From NCBI RefSeq assembly GCF_000092465.1, contig NC_014205.1, positions 1,020,001 to 1,052,000 on the forward strand: a stretch of DNA of 32,000 nt, written 5' to 3'. The stretch comes from Staphylothermus hellenicus DSM 12710. Lineage in GTDB: Archaea > Thermoproteota > Thermoprotei_A > Sulfolobales > Desulfurococcaceae. The translations under genes were made by a program, and so were the position numbers. The notes under the pieces were generated by a model. The model was not told the DNA's origin and made no database searches. It saw only the letters and a program-made list of their open reading frames with translations. Shown here piece after piece: positions 8,647-17,966 of the stretch. The first letter of the stretch is position 1, and each line of letters opens with the position of its first letter.

Positions 8647-9909
8647 CTAGGATTGAGCGATTAATAGTTTTTCCGTATTGATCGTTTTTGTAGCTAATAC
8701 TAGTAATCCTATGCTAACAATCGCTAATACGCTAATATGAAGTATTGATCTCAAAACATATCCGAGCATATAGGATTGTATAACCAGTATGCTGTGAACA
8801 TATGGAACTATATATAGTGGGTAAAGTATTTCTGGGGGAAGCCTTATATAGTCTACTAAGAAGCCTGTAAAGAAGAATACTATTCCAATAGTTGTCACTA
8901 TTCCAGCAATATTTGATGCGCTCCTTATACCTTTAGTTCTAGTTATAAATGGTAATGCTATAGTTATAGTTGCTAATATCGTGAAGAAAGCGGTTATGGA
9001 ATGTATAAGTAGAAGCATCGGATCAACTATTACGCCGAGACCTATACCTGAAGCAATACTTAATAAGAACATATAAGCCACCAACCCCAACGCATCAGCA
9101 ACAGCTGTTATCAATCCTAGAATTGTAGCAGCAATCATTTTAGAATAAATAATAGAATTAAGAGAGGCAGGGCTTGAAATAAGTAGTTCCATAGTTTTTC
9201 TCTCCCTCTCACCCACTATACCATCTATAACATATGATGCAGCCGGAGTCACCACAAAGCTAAGAGCTAAAACAAGTATTCTAGCAAAAGCAGCCTTTAA
9301 TTCGAACCCTGGCTGTGCTGGAACACCAGTTATTGTAACCACTTCAGTCCTACTCTGTATAGGTTTTCTAAGAGCTTGCGGGATAATTGTAATATTTAGT
9401 ATCTTTGATAACGAATTAATCTTTTCATCAGATAACTTCATGGATAAATAATATAGTACGCTGTTAACAGTAGCTTCAGCTCTCTCAGCTGCTTGAACAC
9501 CTGCTTTCCTATAAATAATTACTCTAGCAGTAGTATTTAGTAATGTAGAGTTTTTAGCGAACCCCTTAGGTATAACAACTGCTAAGTCTATCTTCGGATT
9601 CTTAACTATGCTTTCATTACTGGAAATAGTATAGTTGTATCCGTAACGGGATAATACATGGGTTAAATTGTGGACAACCCATGAAGAATTATATGTTATA
9701 TTTAAGTAATCATTATGATAGCTCGTATTATCAAGATCAATGATTGCGATTAGAACAGGCTGTTGTGTGACAAGTGCTACACCCAGTAATCCGATTAAGG
9801 GAAGCATTATTAATGGTAGAAGTATGCTTGTAAACAATGTCTTCTTATCTCTAATTAGATCTGTGAGTTCTTTCCACATAAGTACCCTTATAAAATAAGT
9901 TGTCCTCAT
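8647..9909 (-). CDS. ABC-2 type transporter permease (NatB-like)
   Basis: 420 aa. N-terminal TM helix, a large extracytoplasmic loop, then about 5 C-terminal TM helices. The start ATG overlaps the stop of the upstream ATPase gene (ATGA at 9906-9909). Confidence 0.75.
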   Translation of the reverse strand: MRTTYFIRVLMWKELTDLIRDKKTLFTSILLPLIMLPLIGLLGVALVTQQPVLIAIIDLDNTSYHNDYLNITYNSSWVVHNLTHVLSRYGYNYTISSNESIVKNPKIDLAVVIPKGFAKNSTLLNTTARVIIYRKAGVQAAERAEATVNSVLYYLSMKLSDEKINSLSKILNITIIPQALRKPIQSRTEVVTITGVPAQPGFELKAAFARILVLALSFVVTPAASYVIDGIVGERERKTMELLISSPASLNSIIYSKMIAATILGLITAVADALGLVAYMFLLSIASGIGLGVIVDPMLLLIHSITAFFTILATITIALPFITRTKGIRSASNIAGIVTTIGIVFFFTGFLVDYIRLPPEILYPLYIVPYVHSILVIQSYMLGYVLRSILHISVLAIVSIGLLVLATKTINTEKLLIAQS

Positions 9910-10643
9910 CCCCGGGTTTCCTCCACCGCTTTTACAAATGCTTCTTCTAAGTTATCAGCACCATAAAGATCCTTTATCTCCTCAGGTGTTCCTTCAACAA
10001 ATATTTTGCCTTGATGAATAAATGCAACCCTATCACATAAGTATTCGACTTCTAACATGTTATGACTGCTAAGTAGCACAGAGGAATTTGTTTCTTTAAC
10101 GTATTTCTTAATCATATGCCTAACTCTTACAGATGCATAAACATCTAATCCACTAGTTGGCTCATCCAGTATAGCTAAGGCAGGCTTTCTCATCAATACT
10201 AGGGCAAGCAGTAGCCGACGCTTCATACCTTTACTATATGTTTCCGCTCTTTTCCTTAATTTATCGCCTAAACCACTAAGTTCCGCGCCATACTTGATCA
10301 TTTTCTCTACATCTCCTACTTCATAAAGCATAGCATACAGTTTTAAGTGTTCATAACCGGTTAACCTAGAATAAACCCCTGCTTCTTCAGGTAAGTAGCC
10401 TATGTTTTTCTTAGCTATGCCTATGTTTTCAACCAGGTTTGCTCCTTCAAATAATACTTTTCCCCTTGTAGGTTTTAATAAACCAGCTATTATTCTAAGT
10501 GTTGTCGTCTTTCCCGCTCCATTAGGCCCTATTAACCCGAATATTTCGCCTGGTTTTATATTGAAACTTATTCCCCTAACAGCATATGTTTTATTATTAT
10601 AGATCTTATGTAGATCGATTACTTGAAGCCTATAATCACTCAA
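9906..10643 (-). CDS. ABC transporter ATP-binding protein (ABC-2/NatA-like)
   Basis: 245 aa. Walker A GPNGAGKTT, signature YSKGMKRRL, Walker B LAILDEPTSGLD, H-loop SSHNM. Confidence 0.9.
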   Translation of the reverse strand: MSDYRLQVIDLHKIYNNKTYAVRGISFNIKPGEIFGLIGPNGAGKTTTLRIIAGLLKPTRGKVLFEGANLVENIGIAKKNIGYLPEEAGVYSRLTGYEHLKLYAMLYEVGDVEKMIKYGAELSGLGDKLRKRAETYSKGMKRRLLLALVLMRKPALAILDEPTSGLDVYASVRVRHMIKKYVKETNSSVLLSSHNMLEVEYLCDRVAFIHQGKIFVEGTPEEIKDLYGADNLEEAFVKAVEETRG

Positions 10644-10743
10644 CGCGTACAGCCCAGTATTACTTAGTTAGTTAAAACACATATTATTACTTAACATATC
10701 ATATAACCGGAGAATTAATATATTCCTATCCATACTAGAAGAA

Positions 10744-11427
10744 ATGGTGGGTTTCCTAGATATGAGTGACCTTGTCAAGCTGAGAACGCTAGAGTTTCTA
10801 AGCAATTATGGAGATAAGGGATACATAGTTCTGAGAACAGCTCTCGATATAGCTCTCGATCCAGGAATTGATCATAGGCTAGGCGATTTTAGCTTTAAAC
10901 ACCTAGTTTTCAGACTTAGAAGGCAAGGAATAAACTATAACCCAGCAAATCTTATTAGGATTCTTGAGAAAGAATATGGCCTCATAGAGAAAACCTATAG
11001 TAGTAAATCTCAGAAATGGTGGAGCTTTATCGATCTAGAACCTATTAGAAAAGCCCTTCTAGAATATAGTGGTGTAGAGGAAGCAGAAGAACCCCGTTTA
11101 AGACTATTACTGATAAAATATAAAAGCATGGAGCCATCCCGGCTCCTAAATGTTCTGAGAAGACTATCTATGAAAGATACACTTAACGCTATTGATAAAA
11201 AAGTCTTCCGCGAAATAGTCTTCGAAGACCTAGACAAGATCACCAGTATACTGGAAGAAATGATGGCCTACGAAGACGTCTTTAGCAAAGAAATAATGAC
11301 GTTACAGGAAATCATGTCTCTAGCTGAACGAATAGCTTCTAAAGTAGAAGAAGGAGCTTCTAGAACTATTAAGAGGAAGATTGAAAAACCACTTATGTCT
11401 AATGAAAAAGAATATGGAGAAGCATAA
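10744..11427 (+). CDS. Hypothetical protein
   Basis: 227 aa with protein-like composition (K/E/L/I rich) and no motif I recognise. It ends 17 nt before the next co-directional gene. Confidence 0.5.
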   Translation: MVGFLDMSDLVKLRTLEFLSNYGDKGYIVLRTALDIALDPGIDHRLGDFSFKHLVFRLRRQGINYNPANLIRILEKEYGLIEKTYSSKSQKWWSFIDLEPIRKALLEYSGVEEAEEPRLRLLLIKYKSMEPSRLLNVLRRLSMKDTLNAIDKKVFREIVFEDLDKITSILEEMMAYEDVFSKEIMTLQEIMSLAERIASKVEEGASRTIKRKIEKPLMSNEKEYGEA

Positions 11428-11444
11428 GTAATAGTTGAAGGATC

Positions 11445-12314
11445 TTGTTACTGCAAGAAATAGCGGCTAGAATAATAATACCTCCACTGAAAGGATTACT
11501 AATTCATTCTCTCTCAAAAGAAGGGTTTAGCCAGAGAAGAATAGCTAAACTACTAGGCATAACTCAGCCGCAAGTACATAAGTATCTAAGTAAACCAGAG
11601 GAATACTATTATAATCTTCTATTATCTCATGGATTCGACATCGATAAAATAAGTAGTTATTTAAACATAATATTATATACTGCTTTAAAAGAGGAACAGT
11701 TAAAACTGGTTCTATTGATGAGCAGTATTGTAAACGATTTATCCATGGAGTATTTATGCAGGATAAAACATGGTGCGAGAGATTATTGTCGTGGCACAAT
11801 GATTGTTGACCCATTCATAGAGCATTATAAATCATTTATTTCAACACTGTTATCAAAATACAACCTGTCTAAGCTAATACCAGAAGTCGGCTCCAACATA
11901 GTTTTTTCTCCACATAAACCAAAAGATATAAGTGATATAATCGGATTATCCGGCAGAATACTAAGAGTAGGCGGAGGCATTAAAGCTGTTGGTGAACCTA
12001 TATATGGTGGTAGCAGGCATTTATCAAGAATACTGCTCATTGCTACAAAATATAATGAAAAATATAGAGCTGCAATGAACATTGTATATGATAAATATAT
12101 ACTGGACAAACTCGCCGATAAAAACTATAAGGTAATGGAGTCCGGACCCCATAAAACACTAGAAGAATTCTGGTTAAACATTGAGAAAACCCTTAAAGAA
12201 AAACCCCAGATTATAGGGGATAAGGGCGGATACGGTTTAGAACCCGTCATATATATTTTCGCGGAGAACCTTTCCAAACTAGAAGAAATAATACGAATTA
12301 TCCTATACGACTAA
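11445..12314 (+). CDS. ThiR-like regulator: N-terminal HTH fused to ThiN-like (thiamine-phosphate-synthase-like) domain
   Basis: 289 aa. HTH segment GFSQRRIAKLLGITQPQVHKYLS. The C-terminal IPEVGSNIVFSP...IGLSGRILRVGGGIKAVGEPIYGGSRHLSRILL matches the ThiN domain pattern. This architecture corresponds to archaeal ThiR-type regulators (established family; assignment by recall). Confidence 0.6.
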   Translation: MLLQEIAARIIIPPLKGLLIHSLSKEGFSQRRIAKLLGITQPQVHKYLSKPEEYYYNLLLSHGFDIDKISSYLNIILYTALKEEQLKLVLLMSSIVNDLSMEYLCRIKHGARDYCRGTMIVDPFIEHYKSFISTLLSKYNLSKLIPEVGSNIVFSPHKPKDISDIIGLSGRILRVGGGIKAVGEPIYGGSRHLSRILLIATKYNEKYRAAMNIVYDKYILDKLADKNYKVMESGPHKTLEEFWLNIEKTLKEKPQIIGDKGGYGLEPVIYIFAENLSKLEEIIRIILYD

Positions 12315-12375
12315 ATAATTTGTCTTGTCTAGAGCTTATTAAAAAATGAAATAATCACTATTTGATCAGGAACAG

Positions 12376-13308
12376 GTGGATACATTGCAGTATTATGATT
12401 TATGCATTGTTGGTGGAGGAAGTATAGGGGGGATAATAGCCTATTATTCTTTTAGGGGAGGAATAACTAGTATACCAGTCTATTATCGAAGCATTGAAAG
12501 CATTGAAGCAATAATGAAGAATGGAGGCTTAACGATAAAATATGGTGATAAAGAATATCTTTTACCCATAATTCCCGTTCATCATAGTAAACCAATTGGT
12601 AAATGCAGATTCGTAATAAATACTGTGAAAGCATACCATGTTAAAGATACAATTAACTTAATGCATAAGATAACCGATGAAGACTCATTAATCTTAATGC
12701 TACAAAATGGTTTTGGCAGCCTAGAACTAGTCGAGGAAAAAATGCTTAACCGATACGTTGCTGGAGGAGTAGTATTCATTGGCGCTGAACGAATAAATAG
12801 ATATTATATACTACACCATGGAGGTAGAACCATTATCGCAGGGAGAAGAAAAGGGTTTACAGCCAAGTTATTGGAGTTAATGAATATTCTTAACAGGGGA
12901 GGATGCGATTTCCGAGTAACATCAAATATAGATCTATACAGATGGATAAAGCTAGGAGTAAATGCTGTTATTAACCCATTAACTGCAATAACACGTTCTA
13001 AGAACAAAATAGTCCTAACACAATATGGTAGAATTCTAGCAGAAAAAATAATTGACGAACTAATCATTGCCGCGGAGAAATATGGTTTCAAACTTGATAA
13101 GAAAAAACTCCTAACAACTATTTTTAGAGGAGCCAAGAATACCTCGGAAAACTATTCTAGTATGGCTCAGGATATAATGAATAATAAGCCTACCGAGATA
13201 GATTACATTAATGGATTCATAGCTAAACACGTAGGGGAAAAATCGGTTAATGAAGTTATAACACTTATTGTTCACTTAATAGAAGAATCCTACATGAAGA
13301 ATCATTAA
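12376..13308 (+). CDS. panE: 2-dehydropantoate 2-reductase (ketopantoate reductase)
   Basis: 310 aa. Rossmann IVGGGSIGG, LQNG motif, K..VN..INPLTA, and SSMAQDI...PTEIDYINGFI, which is typical of the ApbA/PanE C-terminal domain. GTG start. Confidence 0.8.
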   Translation: MDTLQYYDLCIVGGGSIGGIIAYYSFRGGITSIPVYYRSIESIEAIMKNGGLTIKYGDKEYLLPIIPVHHSKPIGKCRFVINTVKAYHVKDTINLMHKITDEDSLILMLQNGFGSLELVEEKMLNRYVAGGVVFIGAERINRYYILHHGGRTIIAGRRKGFTAKLLELMNILNRGGCDFRVTSNIDLYRWIKLGVNAVINPLTAITRSKNKIVLTQYGRILAEKIIDELIIAAEKYGFKLDKKKLLTTIFRGAKNTSENYSSMAQDIMNNKPTEIDYINGFIAKHVGEKSVNEVITLIVHLIEESYMKNH

Positions 13309-13375
13309 TCTCTATATTTCACTATAATAAATCATAATAATCTAGCTAATCAATTATTCTACTAGGTGTTAATCA

Positions 13376-14191
13376 TTGAAGAAGATAACAGTTAAAGATA
13401 TATTGAAAATGAAGGGGAAGAAGAAAATCGTTATGATAACCGCTTATGATTATCCATTCGCCAAACTCGTCGATGAAGCAGGGGTAGACATTATTCTCGT
13501 AGGGGATAGTGCTGGAATGGTTGTTCACGGACTACCATCAACTATTCCTGTAACAATGGATATGATGCTAACACATGTTGCAAGTGTTGCTAGAGCTAAG
13601 CCTAGAGCATTAATTGTGGGTGATATGCCTTTTCTAAGCTATGAAGCAAGTATTGAGGAAGCTGTTAGGAATGCTGGCTTAATGTTAAAATCAGGAGCTG
13701 AAGCCGTTAAGATCGAGGGTGGAAGCGAGATGGTTGATGTAGTAAAAGCACTTGTAAGAGCAGGTATTCCTGTAATGGGCCATATAGGTTTAACTCCTCA
13801 AAGATACCTCTTACTAGGTGGTTATAGGCGGAGAGGCGTGAAAGAATATGAAGCTGAAAAAATAATTGAGGATGCAAAGGAGCTTGAAAAAGCAGGAGCA
13901 TTCTCGATCGTAATAGAATTTACAGCTGCTGATATAGCTGAGGAAATAACCAGAGAAGTATCTGTTCCCACAATATGTATTGGTAGCGGGCCATACTGTG
14001 ATGGACAAGTACTTGTTCTCCATGATTTACTTGGAATATATGAGGAAATCCCTCCATTCGCGAAGAAATACGCTGACCTCAGAAGAATAGTGATTGACTC
14101 GGTTAAGAAGTATGCTGAAGAAGTTCGAAACGGAGTATTTCCTGAAAGAAAACATTATTTCTTCAGTAAACGCCGTGGGGCTGAAAAATAA
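13376..14191 (+). CDS. panB: 3-methyl-2-oxobutanoate hydroxymethyltransferase (ketopantoate hydroxymethyltransferase)
   Basis: 271 aa. MITAYDY, VGDSAGMVVHG, AVKIEGG and GHIGLTPQ are PanB signatures. TTG start with GGTG 8 nt upstream. Confidence 0.9.
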   Translation: MKKITVKDILKMKGKKKIVMITAYDYPFAKLVDEAGVDIILVGDSAGMVVHGLPSTIPVTMDMMLTHVASVARAKPRALIVGDMPFLSYEASIEEAVRNAGLMLKSGAEAVKIEGGSEMVDVVKALVRAGIPVMGHIGLTPQRYLLLGGYRRRGVKEYEAEKIIEDAKELEKAGAFSIVIEFTAADIAEEITREVSVPTICIGSGPYCDGQVLVLHDLLGIYEEIPPFAKKYADLRRIVIDSVKKYAEEVRNGVFPERKHYFFSKRRGAEK

Positions 14192-15034
14192 TTGCTTATC
14201 AAAATCCCCCTACATATTAGTGGGTTATGGTATCCTATAATAACAAATAATCCCTTAACAACTGGAAGTATTGGGGCAGGAATAAATATAGCATTATACT
14301 TGACAGCTAAGCTGAGAAACACTGAGAAATGCGGTATCATACTGAACAATGAGGAAGTATTAAAGGATCATTCCCAAACCATATGTGGAAAACTAGGAGC
14401 AAACCTATATGTCGATGAGAAATCACCTATCAGCCTTGGATACGGGTTTGGAGTATCTGCTGCATGCTTACTTGGTTTAAGTCTTTCATCTCTTTTGATC
14501 AAAAATAATACTATTGAAAAAGCTACGTGGCCCGCTCATATAGCTGAGGTAATCTATAATACTGGTTACGGGGATGTAATAGCTGAATTTTACGGGGGCG
14601 TAGAGATTAGAGTAAAACCTGGACCACCAGGTATAGGGGTTGTTGAACATATTTATCCAGGTAGAAAAATTGATCTCATAGTTTCTATTCTTCCAGGCAG
14701 AGAAGATACCCCAAAAATGCTTAAACGAATAAGTAGGGAAACATATGATCTCGCTAAAAAACTTGTTGAGGAGCTCCTGGAAAAGCCTAGTGTTGAGGAG
14801 TTTTTTGAGAAAGCACGTATTTTCACTTCTAAAATATTCAGCTATGATAGTATAGATGAGCTATTATCTCCTTATAGAAGTAAAATCATTGGTTATTTCC
14901 GTAAAAAACAAGCATTAACATTATGGGTTGAGAAAGAGTGGTTAGACGAGATATATTCTTATTTAAACAAGTATTTTCTAACGTTTAAAACATGGATAGA
15001 CATGTATGGTGTGAGATTTGAGAATCCCCCCTAA
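14192..15034 (+). CDS. Pantoate kinase (archaeal PoK, GHMP kinase superfamily)
   Basis: 280 aa. N-terminal [13 protein letters not shown] and the GHMP motif-II-like [17 protein letters not shown]. It sits between panB and phosphopantothenate synthetase, as in the archaeal CoA route characterised in Thermococcus kodakarensis. The TTG start directly abuts the panB stop. Confidence 0.7.
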   Translation: MLIKIPLHISGLWYPIITNNPLTTGSIGAGINIALYLTAKLRNTEKCGIILNNEEVLKDHSQTICGKLGANLYVDEKSPISLGYGFGVSAACLLGLSLSSLLIKNNTIEKATWPAHIAEVIYNTGYGDVIAEFYGGVEIRVKPGPPGIGVVEHIYPGRKIDLIVSILPGREDTPKMLKRISRETYDLAKKLVEELLEKPSVEEFFEKARIFTSKIFSYDSIDELLSPYRSKIIGYFRKKQALTLWVEKEWLDEIYSYLNKYFLTFKTWIDMYGVRFENPP

Positions 15035-15797
15035 TCATCCTAGGAGAGAAAGCTTATTGTTAAGAGAAAAAATAGTTGAGGGATACAAGAGGGGAATAGT
15101 TGCTTTAGAGGGGTTAATAGCTCATGGGCGAGGCGAGTGTTTCGATTACCTGCTTGGAGAAAAAACACATGATTTCGCATATGAAGCTATAAAGGCTGCT
15201 GCGGCTGCTTTATTACTTGCTGAATACCCTGTTTTATCAGTAAACGGTAACACAGCTATGCTTGTACCCTCCGAAATAGTGGAGCTAGCCAGAATAGTGA
15301 ATGCAAGGATCGAGGTTAACCTGTTTTATAGGACAAAGGAGAGGGAGAAAGCTATTGCTGGTTGGCTAAGAAAACATGGTGCTACAGAGATCCTTGGTGT
15401 TGAAGAAGATGCTTCAGCAACTATTCCCGAATTATTTAGTGAGAGGCGAAGAGTTAGTCCGCGGGGAATACTGCGAGCTGACGTTGTTTTTGTTCCATTA
15501 GAAGATGGTGATCGAACAGAGGCTTTGCGGAGAATAGGTAAAACAGTTATTGCTGTTGATTTAAATCCATTATCAAGAACTGCTCGTGCAGCAAATATTA
15601 CTATTATTGACAATATTGTTAGAGCAGCCCCCCTACTTGTAGAAGAAGCCAATAAGTTGAAAAAGAAGGATCGTTCCATGCTACGTAGAATTCTTGATGA
15701 ATACGATAACAACCGTGTATTGAGTAGAGCATTGATTGAGATAAGGAATAGATTAGAAAGACTTGCTAATACTAGAATAGTTCTTGATATATCTTAG
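15018..15797 (+). CDS. Phosphopantothenate synthetase (archaeal PPS)
   Basis: 259 aa. [20 protein letters not shown]...[19 protein letters not shown] closely resembles the N-terminus of the T. kodakarensis enzyme as I recall it. It overlaps the PoK 3' end by 17 nt. Confidence 0.8.
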   Translation: MRIPPNHPRRESLLLREKIVEGYKRGIVALEGLIAHGRGECFDYLLGEKTHDFAYEAIKAAAAALLLAEYPVLSVNGNTAMLVPSEIVELARIVNARIEVNLFYRTKEREKAIAGWLRKHGATEILGVEEDASATIPELFSERRRVSPRGILRADVVFVPLEDGDRTEALRRIGKTVIAVDLNPLSRTARAANITIIDNIVRAAPLLVEEANKLKKKDRSMLRRILDEYDNNRVLSRALIEIRNRLERLANTRIVLDIS

Positions 15798-17038
15798 ATG
15801 TTTTGTTTTATTAGATCAATAATCTTTCTCATCAATACTTCTTTTCTTATAACACCCATGCATTCATAACTATCCCGAGAGACAATGCATGCATCAATAT
15901 AGCTTGATGAGAAACCTATACCGCTAATGCTGACATTATTAGCTATGGCTAGATCAGCATTATAATCTACTAGTTTATTTCTAGCTTTCTCCACTAATTC
16001 TAAATGATTATCAATTGTTTCAGCTGAAAATATAATCATGAGCTTTGGCCTATTATTTCGAGACACAAATTTTACTGTTTTAGGGGTTTGCTTCAATCTT
16101 ATAACTAAGCTACCGAGTTCACGAGTTGATATCTTTTTACGGCTTCTAGACAATACGGTGTAGTCTGCTGGTGCAGCAGCAAATATTGCTGCATCATATT
16201 GTTTCTCATTTGTAAGCTTTGAAATAGTCTTAGCCATTTGAGCAGTTGTGGTAACAGGATATTTATTAACATTGTATGGTGGATCTATTCTTAGTGGGCC
16301 ATGTACTAAGTCTACTGTTGCTCCTCTACAAACCGCTTCCCTTGCAAGTAATACTCCCATTAATCCTGAACTATTATTCGTTATTATTCTTACAGGATCA
16401 ATGTATTCTATTGTGGGGCCAGCGGTTACGAGTATGTGTTTACCTTCAAGATCACGTCCCCTATTAACTAATGCGTCAATACAGTGAGCAACATCGTCTA
16501 ATGGTGGAAACTTTGCTTTACCCTCATCTATTAATGGATTAATAATAGAGACATTACTGTAACTAGCTAGTTTATTAAGTGCTTCACGGTACTGTGGGCT
16601 ATTATATAGTTTCATATTCATAGTTGGCAGTATTGCTAGTTTTTTACCAGCCCCCATCATTGTTATAGCGGTTAAATGAAGTAATTGATCACCTATTCCA
16701 TAAGCTATTTTTGCAATAGTGTTTAGAGTAGCGGGGACTATAATGAATGCTTCAGCCCAATTAGTTAATTCTATATGTTCAGCTCTACCCGTGAATTCGA
16801 TTAATGGTTTAGGCCCAGTAGCCCACTCAACCAGATCAGGGGTAATTAGGCTAAGGGATTCCCTGGTCATGACCACTTTTATTTTCGCGCCCATTCTGAT
16901 GAGTTTTCTTATTAGATCAATTGATCTATAAATTGAGGAACTAGCAGTTAAACCAATAAGTAGTCTTCTATTTTTAAGTGGAGAATATTCTTCCCTTCGA
17001 GGAAGCTCTGACAAGATTCTCACCATAAAGTTTTCCAT
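15794..17038 (-). CDS. coaBC: Bifunctional phosphopantothenoylcysteine decarboxylase / phosphopantothenate-cysteine ligase
   Basis: 414 aa. N-terminal flavoprotein domain ([20 protein letters not shown]) and C-terminal DFP domain with [24 protein letters not shown]. Its stop codon overlaps the PPS stop (TTAG at 15794-15797). Confidence 0.9.
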   Translation of the reverse strand: MENFMVRILSELPRREEYSPLKNRRLLIGLTASSSIYRSIDLIRKLIRMGAKIKVVMTRESLSLITPDLVEWATGPKPLIEFTGRAEHIELTNWAEAFIIVPATLNTIAKIAYGIGDQLLHLTAITMMGAGKKLAILPTMNMKLYNSPQYREALNKLASYSNVSIINPLIDEGKAKFPPLDDVAHCIDALVNRGRDLEGKHILVTAGPTIEYIDPVRIITNNSSGLMGVLLAREAVCRGATVDLVHGPLRIDPPYNVNKYPVTTTAQMAKTISKLTNEKQYDAAIFAAAPADYTVLSRSRKKISTRELGSLVIRLKQTPKTVKFVSRNNRPKLMIIFSAETIDNHLELVEKARNKLVDYNADLAIANNVSISGIGFSSSYIDACIVSRDSYECMGVIRKEVLMRKIIDLIKQNI

Positions 17039-17177
17039 CTAAGTTTTACATGGTTTCTCGTAGTTATTGGGGGATTATATCAATGTTTTACAACATATAA
17101 TTACCATTTTCGAATTTATTAAAAAATCCATATAAGTAAATCCTTGCTGGAAGGATTTGTTTTATATACTTATTTCT

Positions 17178-17215
17178 TATGATTAATTATGTGCAATATA
17201 AGTATGATTAATTAT
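17178..17215. repeat. Exact 13-bp direct repeat TATGATTAATTAT x2 (17178-17190 and 17203-17215) just upstream of ard1
   Basis: Both copies were read directly from the sequence, with 25 bp start-to-start spacing. They lie in the 199-bp divergent intergenic region between coaBC and ard1. Confidence 0.6.
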
Positions 17216-17237
17216 TACTGGCTAGGGGAACGATGAA

Positions 17238-17813
17238 TTGATCTTTTGGAGAAAAAATAAGGAGGTTAATGAAAAAGATATACCAAGCATTTATGAAATA
17301 TTCGAAAACGCTGAGAAGAAGTTGCAGGAGAAAGCTCAAGGATATAGGATAAGAAATGCTGAGGAAAAAGATCTTGATGATGTAAGACAAATAAATATGA
17401 TCACATTGCCGGAAAACTATCCATCCTACTTCTTCAGGGAACTATGGATAAAATATGGTAAATCATTCTATGTAGCAGAAGCTCCTGGAGGAAAAATAGT
17501 GGGCTATATAATGTGCCGGGTAGAAACAAAACCCGGATACTTCAAACATTTCCTAGTAAAGAGCGGGCATATAGTTAGTATAGCTGTTCTAGAAAAACAT
17601 CGTAGAAAAGGGCTTGGACACGCTCTTATGGCATATGCTTTGAAGAGTTTATATGAAGAATATCGTTGTAGCGAATCATATCTCGAGGTTAGAGTTACGA
17701 ATAAACCCGCGATAAACCTTTATGAAAAACTGGGATTCAAAACTATAAAGATACTCCACCACTACTACCTAGACGGAGAAGATGCTTTCCTCATGGCTAG
17801 ACCGCTACCATAG
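17238..17813 (+). CDS. ard1: N-alpha-acetyltransferase (Ard1/RimI GNAT family)
   Basis: 191 aa. LPENYP, VGYIM, GHIVSIAVLEKHRRKGLGHALM (the Q/RxxGxG/A acetyl-CoA motif), YLEVRVTNKPAINLYEKLGF and YYLDGEDAFLMARPL are near-collinear with Sulfolobus Ard1 as I recall it. The annotated TTG start is probably too far upstream; an in-frame TTG about 28 codons downstream is an alternative. Confidence 0.85.
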   Translation: MIFWRKNKEVNEKDIPSIYEIFENAEKKLQEKAQGYRIRNAEEKDLDDVRQINMITLPENYPSYFFRELWIKYGKSFYVAEAPGGKIVGYIMCRVETKPGYFKHFLVKSGHIVSIAVLEKHRRKGLGHALMAYALKSLYEEYRCSESYLEVRVTNKPAINLYEKLGFKTIKILHHYYLDGEDAFLMARPLP

Positions 17814-17966
17814 AAACGATCATTCTATTCAGCTTACAGGGTTTCATCTAGTATATAAACCTGATGGTTTGAAACTTGATAATAAATAAACACTTTTATG
17901 TAAAATTAGGTTTACCAATAATTAAAAACTAATAATAGAATAATCTCTGATAAATAAACCAAGTAT

